Source: Methanobacteriota archaeon
GTDB taxonomy: Archaea; Thermoplasmatota; DTKX01; VGTL01
NCBI GenBank assembly: GCA_016874675.1
Contig: VGTL01000002.1
Span: 9,021 to 73,020, forward strand
Length of the DNA: 64,000 nucleotides
Direction of reading: 5' to 3'
The notes beneath the pieces were generated by a model. That model ran no database searches. It had not been told where the DNA came from and saw only the letters and a list, made by a program, of their open reading frames with translations. Both the position numbers and the translations under genes were made by a program. Positions 29,747 through 38,748 of this stretch are shown here, one piece after another; within the stretch, counting starts at the first letter, position 1, and every line of letters starts with the position of its first letter.

Positions 29747-30196
29747 ATGGACATCCCGCTCCTTTTCGACGAGGCAGGGAAGCTGTTCCTTTACGCGCAG
29801 GTATTCAGCCCGGGAATCCCCCGGCCGAAACCGCTCAGGATGCACCTCGACACCGGGGCAAGCTCGACGACCCTTTCCCTCAAGGACGCCGAGGAGCTCG
29901 GCGTGGATGCCGGGAGCCTTCGCCCGAGCGGAAGAACGAACTACGGCTACGGCGGCAGGATGGATGTGCGAAGGCTCCCGGAGGCGTGCCTGGTCTTTCT
30001 CACCGTGGACAGGACCGCGTTCACCGTGCCGTTGGACAGTGTCCAGGTCAACTGCACATTCTCCGCGGTCAGGGGAAAAGGCAAGGACCTGGTGGTCTAC
30101 GGGATGCCGTCCGTTCTCGGCGTGGACCTCCTTCTCAAAGCCGGCATGGGCCTGAGCGCGAGCTGGAAGGACAGGACGGCGCGTCTTTCGGCCTGA
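29747..30196 (+). CDS. Retropepsin-like (clan AA) aspartic protease
   Basis: LDTGASST catalytic motif, flap-like YGYGG, C-terminal SVLGVDLL. Confidence 0.8.
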   Translation: MDIPLLFDEAGKLFLYAQVFSPGIPRPKPLRMHLDTGASSTTLSLKDAEELGVDAGSLRPSGRTNYGYGGRMDVRRLPEACLVFLTVDRTAFTVPLDSVQVNCTFSAVRGKGKDLVVYGMPSVLGVDLLLKAGMGLSASWKDRTARLSA

Positions 30197-30289
30197 GCGC
30201 TCCGGCGCGGGGCGGTCGGCGTTCAGAGCCCAGGCACCGGAACGGGCACCCCGTCTATGACCCGGAGTGCGTCCCAGACGCCCGTATGT

Positions 30290-30517
30290 CCCCTGCACCC
30301 TGCACCCTGAGTTTCCCTTGCGCCTTGCGCCTTCCTAACCCCGCACTGAAGTGCGGGGCTTCAACGCTTTCCTATGTTGACCGACCCCGGACTCAAGTCC
30401 GGGGTATCTAGCTTTCAACCTTGCGCCTTGCGCCTTGCGCCCTGCGCCTTCCCATCGCGCCTTGCGCCGTCGTCCCCTGCTCCCTTGCTGCCTTGCTGCC
30501 TTGCTCCCTTGCTCCCC
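30290..30517. repeat. Pyrimidine arm(s): heptamers (CCCTGCA, CCTTGCG) followed by octamers (CCTTGCTG/CCTTGCTC)
   Basis: Arrays at ~30290-30332 and ~30419-30517, with core CCGTCGTCCCC at 30467-30477. Confidence 0.75.
30339..30417. repeat. REP-like double-hairpin element, copy 1
   Basis: CCCCGCACT-GA-AGTGCGGGG and ACCCCGGACT-CA-AGTCCGGGGT, ending in ATCTAGCTTTCA; related copy at 56695-56772. Confidence 0.75.
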
Positions 30518-30521
30518 TCGT

Positions 30522-30992
30522 CTATTCCTTCACCATATACACTTTCTTCATCCTGTCGCCCATCTGTATCCGGTCGACGACCTCGATGCCCTCGAGGACC
30601 TGGCCGAAGACGGTGTGCTTGCCGTCGAGGTGCGGCGTCGGGACGTGGCAGATGAAGAACTGGCACGAGCCGGTGTCGCGCCCCTTGTGGGCCATGGACA
30701 GCGAGCCGCGCTGGTGGCGCCGGCGGTTGTGGTCCACCTCGCACTTTATCGTGTAGCCGGCGTCGCCCGTGCCGTTGCCCTTGGGGTCCCCGCCCTGGAT
30801 CATGAAGCCCGGGATGACGCGGTGGAACTTGATACCGTTGTAGAAGCCCTTCTTGACGAGCTTCAGGAAGTTGTCCACCGTGCCGGGAGCGTCGTTCTTG
30901 TAGAGCTCCAAAACGATCTTGCCCTTGTCCGTCTCCATCGCCACCACTGGAAGGTTCCCCTCTGCCGGCATCATGACCACCTTCGAGCCCAT
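30522..30992 (-). CDS. Cyclophilin-type peptidyl-prolyl cis-trans isomerase
   Basis: [42 protein letters not shown]. Confidence 0.95.
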   Translation of the reverse strand: MGSKVVMMPAEGNLPVVAMETDKGKIVLELYKNDAPGTVDNFLKLVKKGFYNGIKFHRVIPGFMIQGGDPKGNGTGDAGYTIKCEVDHNRRRHQRGSLSMAHKGRDTGSCQFFICHVPTPHLDGKHTVFGQVLEGIEVVDRIQMGDRMKKVYMVKE

Positions 30993-31099
30993 CGGCTGGC
31001 GGGTATATAACGGTGGCGGAGCGCTCCCGCGGCCCGCCCGTCACGGCGGGGCCGCGCGGCCGCGCGCCGGTCCCCAGCCACGCCCCGTCCGCCGGCCGC

Positions 31100-33628
31100 T
31101 CACCACTTGAGCACGGGCTGCTCGAGCTTCGCCGGTGCCGCCGGTTCCTTCTTCCGGCCCCGGGCCATCAATGCGATCGCGATGGACACCACCACCCCGG
31201 CCGCTATCCCGCCGACGATGTACAGGCCGTAGTCGGCCGCCGCCGCGCCCGGCTCGACCACCTCGAAGTCCAGCGTCTGCTGGACCACGGCCGTCCCGTC
31301 CGACACGGCGAGCTGGAGGCGGTGCTTGCCGACAGGGAGGCCCGAAAGCGTGAGGGAGGCGTTGGTGCCGATGAGCCGCCCGTCCTCGGTCCAGCAGTAG
31401 ACGAGCTCGTCGCCGTCGGCGTCCATGACCTCGGCGAAGACCGAAACGATCTTGCCCCGGGCGAATTTCTGGCCCTTCTCCGGCGATAGCGAAAGAATCG
31501 TCGGCTTGGCGTTGACCTTGACCGAGACGCTGATGGTGGCCGAACGGACGGACGCGGTCCCGTCGGAGACCTCGAGCGTTATCTTGTGCTCGCCGACCGG
31601 AAGCCGGATGCTCAGGTTGCGGCCCGTGCCGAGCTCCATGAGCCCCTCGTACCAGAAGAAGGTCAGGAGGTCGCCGTCCGGGTCGGAGGAATCGCCCTCC
31701 AGCGTTATCGGGAGGCCCTCCTTGAAAGAGGCGCCCGGCCGGGGCGACACTATCGTGGCCTTGGGGGGCGGCCGGTTGACGTTCTCCACGGTCACCTCCC
31801 AGCTCAGGGAGGTCGAAAGCTCGCCGTCGCTTGCGACCACCTTCACCTTGTGGACGCCGGCCGAGCCGTAGTCCGTCTGGAGCTTGTATCCCGTCACGCC
31901 GGTGGCGACCTGGACGTCGTCGAGCAACCAGGCGTAGGTCACGCCCGCGCCGCTCTCCGGGTCGGAGACGGCCACCGAGAAGTCCAGGCCGTCGTTCTCC
32001 CGGAGCGTGACGTTCCCCGGCGGGCTGTACGAGGTTATCCGGGGCGGGTCGTTGACCGGGACGACCGTGACGTTCACCGTCACCGGCCCGCTGGCGAGCC
32101 CCTTGTCGTCCCGGGCCCGGATGGTCACCCTCTCGGTGAAGCCGGAGGCGTCCGGCCGCGGGGTGAAGGTGGCGTTCTGGAGCTCGAACGCCACGGCCAG
32201 CTGCTCGTTCCCGGAGGCCTCGAAGGTCATCGGGTCCCCGTCGGGGTCCCAGAACACCGGGCCCAAAAAGACCGTGACGCTCTCGTCCTCGCGGACGGAG
32301 GTGTCGGGCGGGCCGGACCTGGCCTGCGGGGCCTGGTTGACGTGGTACACCACCACGCGCGCCTCCGCCGTGGCCGAAAGCTCGGTCCGGTCGGTCGCCG
32401 TGAAGGAAAGCTCGAGCTCGCCCCAGAAATCGATCGGGGCGACGACCGTCACGAGGCCGCCGGCCGCGATGGAGACCTGGAGCCGGCCGGTGCCCTCCCA
32501 GGAGTAGGCTAGCGCGTCCGTCCCGCCGTGGAGCGTGTCGTTGTCGAAGAAATGGGCCGAGAGGTTCAGGGAGGAGTTCGCCCCCGCCTGGGGCACGTTG
32601 ATGTCGGGGATGGGCTCAAGCAGGCACGGCGCGTCCGGGACCGGCGTCACCGTAACGCGTATCTGCGCCTTTATAAAGAGGCCGAAGCGGTCCGTGGCCT
32701 TGATGTTGGCGAACTCCGCGCCGTTCCAGTTGGCAATGCCCCAGACCTCGAGGTCGTTTCGGGTCTCGTTGAACGCGCCCTTGATGTGGGCCGAGTCCGT
32801 GACCTCGAAGACCAGCTCATCCCCGTCGGGATCGGAAAGGTGGGTGGATATGTCCAGCCCGAGGCGCTCGTCCTCCCTGACGGACACCGGAGTGAACGGG
32901 TCCGTAATGGCGGGCGGGCGGTTGGGGGCGCCGACGCGGAAGTAGTCGAAGTCGGTGGCGAAGTCGGCGTTGGCGTTGCCGTCGGCGATAATGAGGCCGA
33001 TGCTCAGAGGATCGTTCAATGACACCGAGCCGCTCCACACGAACGTCCAGCCGGTGCCGTTCGTGGAGTAGTAGCTCGTGAAGGTCTGGCCGTCGCGCTC
33101 CAGGCGCAGCCAGACGGGGCTTGCCGAGACGTCCACGATGTTGTCGTTGGCGCTGCCCCCTATCTTGGTGGTGAGCTCGACCTTCTTTCCGCTCTGGGCC
33201 TGGTAGAACAGGCCGACCCAGTTGCTGGCGTTGTACCGGACCATTATCCCCGATTTTTCGAAGTTGGCGGCCGGGTCGGAGGAGAGCTTGGTCTCGATGG
33301 AGAAGTTGCCCGAGGCGTTCTGGTAGAGCAGGGCGCCGCTGTCGGAGCTTTGGCCGAAGTTGGTGTTCCGCCGGGCGACCAGGTGCAGGTGGCCGGCGGT
33401 GGTGACGCCCATGTCGTAGGAGGCGGGGGAGTTGTACCAGCTCCATTTCGGGTCCAGCACGGGCCCGTCGAACTCGTCGGAGAGGTCCTCCCGGGCGGCA
33501 GCGCGCGGGCACTCCATCCCGGTCTCCGGCGACGCGGCCGGGAAGAGCGAGACCGGGCCAAGGAGCAGGCTGAACATAAGGAATGCTGCGGCTTTCCTCG
33601 ACAAGGACCTTCCCCCGTCCCTGAACAT
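31100..33628 (-). CDS. Cell-surface protein: concanavalin-like (DUF1349/GH43 C-terminal-like) domain, cadherin/Ig-like repeats, C-terminal TM anchor
   Basis: Signal peptide; DEFDG..LDPKW, PVWLRLER.G..F..YYSTNG; repeated DPDGD.L and N.PP motifs; TM plus basic tail; ORF-track N-terminus is repeat-derived. Confidence 0.75.
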   Translation of the reverse strand: MFRDGGRSLSRKAAAFLMFSLLLGPVSLFPAASPETGMECPRAAAREDLSDEFDGPVLDPKWSWYNSPASYDMGVTTAGHLHLVARRNTNFGQSSDSGALLYQNASGNFSIETKLSSDPAANFEKSGIMVRYNASNWVGLFYQAQSGKKVELTTKIGGSANDNIVDVSASPVWLRLERDGQTFTSYYSTNGTGWTFVWSGSVSLNDPLSIGLIIADGNANADFATDFDYFRVGAPNRPPAITDPFTPVSVREDERLGLDISTHLSDPDGDELVFEVTDSAHIKGAFNETRNDLEVWGIANWNGAEFANIKATDRFGLFIKAQIRVTVTPVPDAPCLLEPIPDINVPQAGANSSLNLSAHFFDNDTLHGGTDALAYSWEGTGRLQVSIAAGGLVTVVAPIDFWGELELSFTATDRTELSATAEARVVVYHVNQAPQARSGPPDTSVREDESVTVFLGPVFWDPDGDPMTFEASGNEQLAVAFELQNATFTPRPDASGFTERVTIRARDDKGLASGPVTVNVTVVPVNDPPRITSYSPPGNVTLRENDGLDFSVAVSDPESGAGVTYAWLLDDVQVATGVTGYKLQTDYGSAGVHKVKVVASDGELSTSLSWEVTVENVNRPPPKATIVSPRPGASFKEGLPITLEGDSSDPDGDLLTFFWYEGLMELGTGRNLSIRLPVGEHKITLEVSDGTASVRSATISVSVKVNAKPTILSLSPEKGQKFARGKIVSVFAEVMDADGDELVYCWTEDGRLIGTNASLTLSGLPVGKHRLQLAVSDGTAVVQQTLDFEVVEPGAAAADYGLYIVGGIAAGVVVSIAIALMARGRKKEPAAPAKLEQPVLKW

Positions 33629-33674
33629 GCGCGCGCGAGTATAATAAGATGTCGCAATGAAAGGTGGGAAGAAG

Positions 33675-33850
33675 AAGGCACAGGGCGCAAGGCGCAGGGC
33701 GCAGGGCTTGAGGGTAAAGGCGCAAGGGGCAAGGGGCAAGGTGAAGAACCCTTTCCTCCCTTGCGCCTTCACCCTTGCGCCTTTACCCTCAAGCCCTGCG
33801 CCCTGCGCCTTGCGCCTTGCGCCTTCCCTTGCGCCCTGCGCCTTGCGCCC
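33675..33850. repeat. Inverted pair of heptamer arrays (GGCGCAA/GGCGCAG)n ... (CCTTGCG/CCCTGCG)n
   Basis: Arms ~33675-33740 and ~33758-33850; GCGCAGGGCTTGAGGGTAAAGGCGCAAGGG is mirrored exactly on the other arm. Confidence 0.88.
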
Positions 33851-33902
33851 CGTTCTCGGGAAACCTTTATCTTGGCCCGTCCGTCTAGGGGGCCCGATAG
33901 CG

Positions 33903-35747
33903 ATGCGGCTGCTCCTCATCCACTCGGACTACATGCGCTACGAGACCAAGGACAAGGCCATGAAGGCCGCCGAGGACATCCCGGGGGGGCACAAGAAGGG
34001 CTCCATGGACGAGGTCCTCGTGGCCTTCGCCTCCGTGGAGGAGAGGGACACGGCCGACCACAAGGCTGCGGCGGCCGTCACCGCCGCCTCCGTGAAGGAG
34101 GTGCTCGCGCAGGTCCGGGCCGACAAGGTGATGCTCTACCCCTACGCCCACCTCTCCCCGTCCCTGGCGGACCCGGCCTCCGCGATGGCCGTGCTCGTCG
34201 AGACCGAGAAGCTGCTCCGGGCCGACGGGATCAACGTCGAGCGCTCGCCCTTCGGGTGGTACAAGGCCTTCCAGCTGTCGTGCAAGGGCCACCCGCTCTC
34301 CGAGCTCTCGCGCGAGGTGGCCGCCGGGGAGGAGAAGGTGACCCGCGAAGAGGTGGTCAAGGGCATCAAGAAACAGTTCGTCGTGCTCACCCCCGAGGGC
34401 AAGGAGTACCCGCTGGAGATGGAGAAGGCCGAATCCGACCCGAATCTGGAAAAGCACCCGTCCCTGCGCAGCTTCATCCTGACGGAGGAGGCACGGACGA
34501 GAAAGACAGAAGAGCCCCCGTCCGTCAAGGCGATGCAGAGGCTGGAGCTCGTCGACTACGAGGAGGCCAGCGACAGCGGGCACTTCCGGCTCTACCCCAA
34601 GGGCCATTTGGTTTTCCACCTGCTCCAGGAATGGGCCCGGCAGCTCGCCCTCGAGCGCCTGAACGCGATACAGATCGACACGCCCATCCTGTACGACTGG
34701 ACGCTCCCCGACATCCAGGCGCAGGGCAGGTCGTTCCACGAGAGGCACTACGTCATCAAGACCGACGAGAAGAGGCAGTTCGTGCTGCGCTTCGCCGGCG
34801 ACTTCGGCCTCTTCCGGATGATGGCCCAGTCCACGCTGAGCTACCGCCACCTGCCCATCAAGGTCTACGAGTTCTCCAAAAGCTTCCGCCTGGAGCAGCG
34901 CGGGGAGCTCACCGGGCTCAAGCGCCTCCGGGCCTTCCACATGCCCGACATCCACTACTTCACGAAGGACCTCGACCAGGGCTGGGACGTGTTCATGGAG
35001 CTCTTCCAGGGATACACGGAGTACCACCGCGCGATAGGCGCCGAGTACGCCATCGCCTTCCGCATCGTGGACGAGTTCTACGGGAAGTACAAGGACCGGC
35101 TGGTGGGGCTCCTGAAATACGCCGGCAAGCCGGCCCTCATCGAGATACTCTCCCAGCGCAAGCACTACTGGGTCGTCAAGTACGAGTCGCAGGCCCTGGA
35201 CGCGCAGGGCGGGGCGGTCCAGCTCAACACCGTCCAGCTCGATGTGGAGGACGCCGAGCGCTACGGCATCCTCTACACGGACAGCGACGGCCAGAAGAAA
35301 CCGTGCATCATCGGCCACTGCTCCGTCGGCTCCCTGGAGCGGTGGATATACACGCTGCTCGAGAACGCCCTCAAGATGCCGAAACCGGAGTTGCCGTACT
35401 GGCTGTCCCCGACGCAGGTGCGCCTGCTCCCGGTCGCGGGCGAGCACGTCCAGGACTGCGAGGCGCTGGCGCGGAAGCTCCACGCCCGCGTCGACATCGA
35501 CGACCGCGACGAGAAGGTCGGGCGCAAGATAAGGGACGCGGAGAAGGAGTGGATAAACCTCATCATCGTCGTCGGCGAAAAGGAGAAGGCGAGCGGCAAG
35601 TTCCCCGTCCGTTTCCGGACGGGCGAGGTGAGGGAGTTCACGGTCGACGAGCTGAGGGCGGAGATCGCGCGGCTCCAGGGCGAATACCCGTACGACAACC
35701 TTCCGCTGCCGGTCCTGATGAGCAGGAGGCCGATTTTCAGGGGCTGA
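33903..35747 (+). CDS. thrS: Threonine--tRNA ligase, archaeal type with N-terminal DTD-like editing domain
   Basis: MRLLLIHSD, YPYAHLS, PFGWYKAF..SCKGHPLSELSR, FRLEQRGE, GSLERW, WLSPTQVR. Confidence 0.96.
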   Translation: MRLLLIHSDYMRYETKDKAMKAAEDIPGGHKKGSMDEVLVAFASVEERDTADHKAAAAVTAASVKEVLAQVRADKVMLYPYAHLSPSLADPASAMAVLVETEKLLRADGINVERSPFGWYKAFQLSCKGHPLSELSREVAAGEEKVTREEVVKGIKKQFVVLTPEGKEYPLEMEKAESDPNLEKHPSLRSFILTEEARTRKTEEPPSVKAMQRLELVDYEEASDSGHFRLYPKGHLVFHLLQEWARQLALERLNAIQIDTPILYDWTLPDIQAQGRSFHERHYVIKTDEKRQFVLRFAGDFGLFRMMAQSTLSYRHLPIKVYEFSKSFRLEQRGELTGLKRLRAFHMPDIHYFTKDLDQGWDVFMELFQGYTEYHRAIGAEYAIAFRIVDEFYGKYKDRLVGLLKYAGKPALIEILSQRKHYWVVKYESQALDAQGGAVQLNTVQLDVEDAERYGILYTDSDGQKKPCIIGHCSVGSLERWIYTLLENALKMPKPELPYWLSPTQVRLLPVAGEHVQDCEALARKLHARVDIDDRDEKVGRKIRDAEKEWINLIIVVGEKEKASGKFPVRFRTGEVREFTVDELRAEIARLQGEYPYDNLPLPVLMSRRPIFRG

Positions 35748-35750
35748 GAA

Positions 35751-38690
35751 TCAGACGATCCCGGGGCGCCCCCCCTTGCGGCGGACCATCCAGGCCCCGA
35801 TAGCCGCCACACCACATATGACCGCGGCCAATACCCAGGGCCAACAGGCCGGCCCGGTCGTGGGGGCCGGTGCCCTCGGAAGGACCGTCACGGTCCAGTT
35901 GCGAGAAATTTCGAACTCGCCGTCGCTGACTACGACCTTTATGTTCCTGGCCCCGGACCCGCCCTTTGCCACGAATGCAAAGTTCCCGGATTCGGCGGCC
36001 TTCTGACCGTCCACGAACCAGGAATATTGAAGATCGTCATCTTCAAAATCCTCGGCCTTTGCCCAGAAGTGGATGCGCTCGTTTGGATAGGCCGTGTTGT
36101 TCCAATAGACGGGGGACCACTCCCGAAGTACGGGGGGCGTGTTGAAGTTCATCACCGAGAGATTCCAGCAAAAGCTCGTCTCGACCTTTCCGAAATAAAA
36201 ATAGCCCACGACGACCTTCACGGTGTAACGGCCGCTGGAGCTCCAGTTCGTGGAGAATAAAAGGCTGGAGATGGGGCCGTCGTCATATCGTTCTTTATAC
36301 AAAGAGAATTTCCCGCAGGGCCATTCCGTCTCGTTTTCCGCAATCCCGATGCCGTTGACCGTCCACTGGAAGTCCGCCTCGAGCGGGCGCGCCCAGAGGA
36401 CCTGCGAGACGAACTCCACTTGCGCGCTCTCGGTCGCGGCAATGTCCTGCGGGGGGGAGAACGCGACCTTGGGCATTGGATTGTCGACCAGGACCCGTAC
36501 CGATGCCATGGATTCGACCCAGCCGTTCGTTGCGGCCGCGCTGATGTTGTACCAGCCGTTGGGAACCGCCGTCGTGTCCCAGCTCCGGCGCCAGCTGCCG
36601 TCGGAGAACAGGAGCAGTTCCAAGGCAGGGCTGTCACCGAGCGCAAGGCGCAGGACCGGCTCGCCCCACACGCTAACGACCCGCCCGGCGATCTCGAACG
36701 TGCCGTTCACTCTGGAGCCGTCGGCCGGGGACAGGATCTCCACCGAGAACACTGCTGGCGCCACCGTGATCGTCCTCTTTAGCGAATTGTTGGAAAGCTC
36801 CAGCTCGTAAGGGTCGGTCCCGTCCATGGCGGCGACAACGGAATAGCTGCCCGGGAGCCCGGCCGTCCATTCCGTCGAGCAGTTGGCCCGCTCTCCCGGC
36901 CCGAGGCGGGCCGCAGCACCCTCCAAGACCGAGCCGTTCAGCTCGATGCACCAGCTGAAATCGCCTGCGGTCTCGCCGGAGTTGAGGACGCGGGCGGAGA
37001 TGTTGACCCGGTCGCCGACCGCCGGCGAGGGCGGGTCCCAGACGATGTCCTCGACAGAGATGTCGGGCCTTCCGTAGACATACAGCGAGGCGTTCATCTC
37101 GTTGTTGGTAAGGTTCAGCTCGGCGAGCCCCGACACGATTCGGGCCGTGAAGTTGTGCAGGCCCCCCGTGGCGGTCCAGTTAAAGTTCACAGTGTCCATT
37201 TTAAATACCGATCCGTGGCTGGATCCTGCCAATGCTCCATCGACGAACAGTTCAACATCGAAATCCATCGGATAGGTCGCCGGCGGGTAGCTGCTGAAGT
37301 ATTCAACCTCTACCCGTATCGTGATATTATCCTTCTCGAGCGGGCCTTGGTCCGAAAATCCAATCCAGGCGGTTCTTAGATCAGCAGTGTAAGGTCCGAG
37401 GATGTCAAGGTAGATGTTCATGCCGCCGGGAGGGTCCTCCCATGCCAGCCGGTCGTCCGAGTAGGCGACATGGGCATAGCTTCCGGACTGGTCCGGGAGA
37501 GTTACTTGGGCGGAGAAAGGCGGCCCGACACCGGAGTATCCCTTGTCGACGAGGTCCATACCCTCGACGGTCTGGAAATGCAGCTGTCTCGTGCCTTCTT
37601 CGTCGGTCATTCCCATTATGATATCATACGGGAAGGTATGGCCGCCCTGGCGTTCGATGTGGCCATACCCGAAGAGGTGGTTCAAACCCCTGGCATCCGA
37701 TTCTGCGACAAATGGATATCGCAAATCATAATTGAATATCTGGCCCTGTCCCTGCCCTTGGTGCAGAAATACGGTCCTGGCGGTCCCGTTTAGGGAAATG
37801 CTGCACATATGGATATCCCACTCGTTCCAGAAGATGTTGGCACCGGGACTATTACGCTTCGCAACTATGGTGAAATGAAATATGCTGAAATTGATTCCCC
37901 GTATCTGGTCTATCCTGCATGTCTCGGTACCGTTCTGGTCAAGCCTGCTATACGTGAGGTTTCCGGTCTCGTTGCGCCAGACCAGGTGGACATTGTCCCA
38001 CGCGTCCACCGCCACCCCCACCTCCGTCTCGTTTTTCGCCAAAAACTTCGAAAAGAGCCTCGCCCCGGTCGAATTGGTCTTGACATACCAGACATACGGC
38101 TCGCCGTACCACTCCGAGTTCCCGGCGTAGGCGAAATGCATGTTCCCCTTCGAGTCGAAGGCGTAGAGCGGGTTCCCGTAATACAAGCGGTCGATGGCAT
38201 ATATCGGGAGCCAGCATTCCCTCCTCGTCTTGAGGTCCGGCGAGAACCGGAGCATCCGAAGATTCTCGTCGTGGTCGGTCTGCCCGCTGGGATGGTTCTC
38301 GGTGCTGTTCCAGAACAGCACCAGAGAGCCGTTGTTGTGGTCCAGCCGCGGGGAATAGGGCCGGCCGGAGACATAGACCGGCGGCTGCGGGTCGTAGTAG
38401 TTCACGAGCACCGTGTCGTTGACGGTGACCTCGCCCGAAGGCGCAAATGACTTGTACCGTATGCTCGTTTTGTCCGTGCCGTCCTGCCACGCCAGATGGA
38501 TGTTCCCCGAGCCGTCGACAAGAATCGACGGGTCCCACGACGAGTTCGCCGAGTTGGTGAGCTGGACCGGGCCGGACCGGGTCGAGCGCGCCGACGGCGC
38601 TGCAGCGCCCGAATCGGGAGGCTCCGGCAGGGCAGGCGGCGCGACGGATAGAAGGACTATCAGAATGGGCAGCAGGCGGGTCCGGGGCAC
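35751..38690 (-). CDS. Large surface protein: BNR/propeller-like N-terminus, CARDB-like and Ig-like domains, C-terminal TM
   Basis: Signal peptide; D..GN.HL.W repeats; ELN.TNNE / ELE.SNN; WDTT.VPNG.Y; many N-x-S/T sequons. Confidence 0.7.
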   Translation of the reverse strand: MPRTRLLPILIVLLSVAPPALPEPPDSGAAAPSARSTRSGPVQLTNSANSSWDPSILVDGSGNIHLAWQDGTDKTSIRYKSFAPSGEVTVNDTVLVNYYDPQPPVYVSGRPYSPRLDHNNGSLVLFWNSTENHPSGQTDHDENLRMLRFSPDLKTRRECWLPIYAIDRLYYGNPLYAFDSKGNMHFAYAGNSEWYGEPYVWYVKTNSTGARLFSKFLAKNETEVGVAVDAWDNVHLVWRNETGNLTYSRLDQNGTETCRIDQIRGINFSIFHFTIVAKRNSPGANIFWNEWDIHMCSISLNGTARTVFLHQGQGQGQIFNYDLRYPFVAESDARGLNHLFGYGHIERQGGHTFPYDIIMGMTDEEGTRQLHFQTVEGMDLVDKGYSGVGPPFSAQVTLPDQSGSYAHVAYSDDRLAWEDPPGGMNIYLDILGPYTADLRTAWIGFSDQGPLEKDNITIRVEVEYFSSYPPATYPMDFDVELFVDGALAGSSHGSVFKMDTVNFNWTATGGLHNFTARIVSGLAELNLTNNEMNASLYVYGRPDISVEDIVWDPPSPAVGDRVNISARVLNSGETAGDFSWCIELNGSVLEGAAARLGPGERANCSTEWTAGLPGSYSVVAAMDGTDPYELELSNNSLKRTITVAPAVFSVEILSPADGSRVNGTFEIAGRVVSVWGEPVLRLALGDSPALELLLFSDGSWRRSWDTTAVPNGWYNISAAATNGWVESMASVRVLVDNPMPKVAFSPPQDIAATESAQVEFVSQVLWARPLEADFQWTVNGIGIAENETEWPCGKFSLYKERYDDGPISSLLFSTNWSSSGRYTVKVVVGYFYFGKVETSFCWNLSVMNFNTPPVLREWSPVYWNNTAYPNERIHFWAKAEDFEDDDLQYSWFVDGQKAAESGNFAFVAKGGSGARNIKVVVSDGEFEISRNWTVTVLPRAPAPTTGPACWPWVLAAVICGVAAIGAWMVRRKGGRPGIV

Positions 38691-38748
38691 GAATCAATAC
38701 TCGAATTGCCAATATTTAGACTTTGTCAGTCTGCAGTCGAATGGTATG

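Noticed and set aside
33629-33919. N-terminal extensions of thrS and the surface protein given in the ORF track
   Set aside because: They are translations of the inverted heptamer element; conserved N-termini start at 33903 and ~33628/33604.
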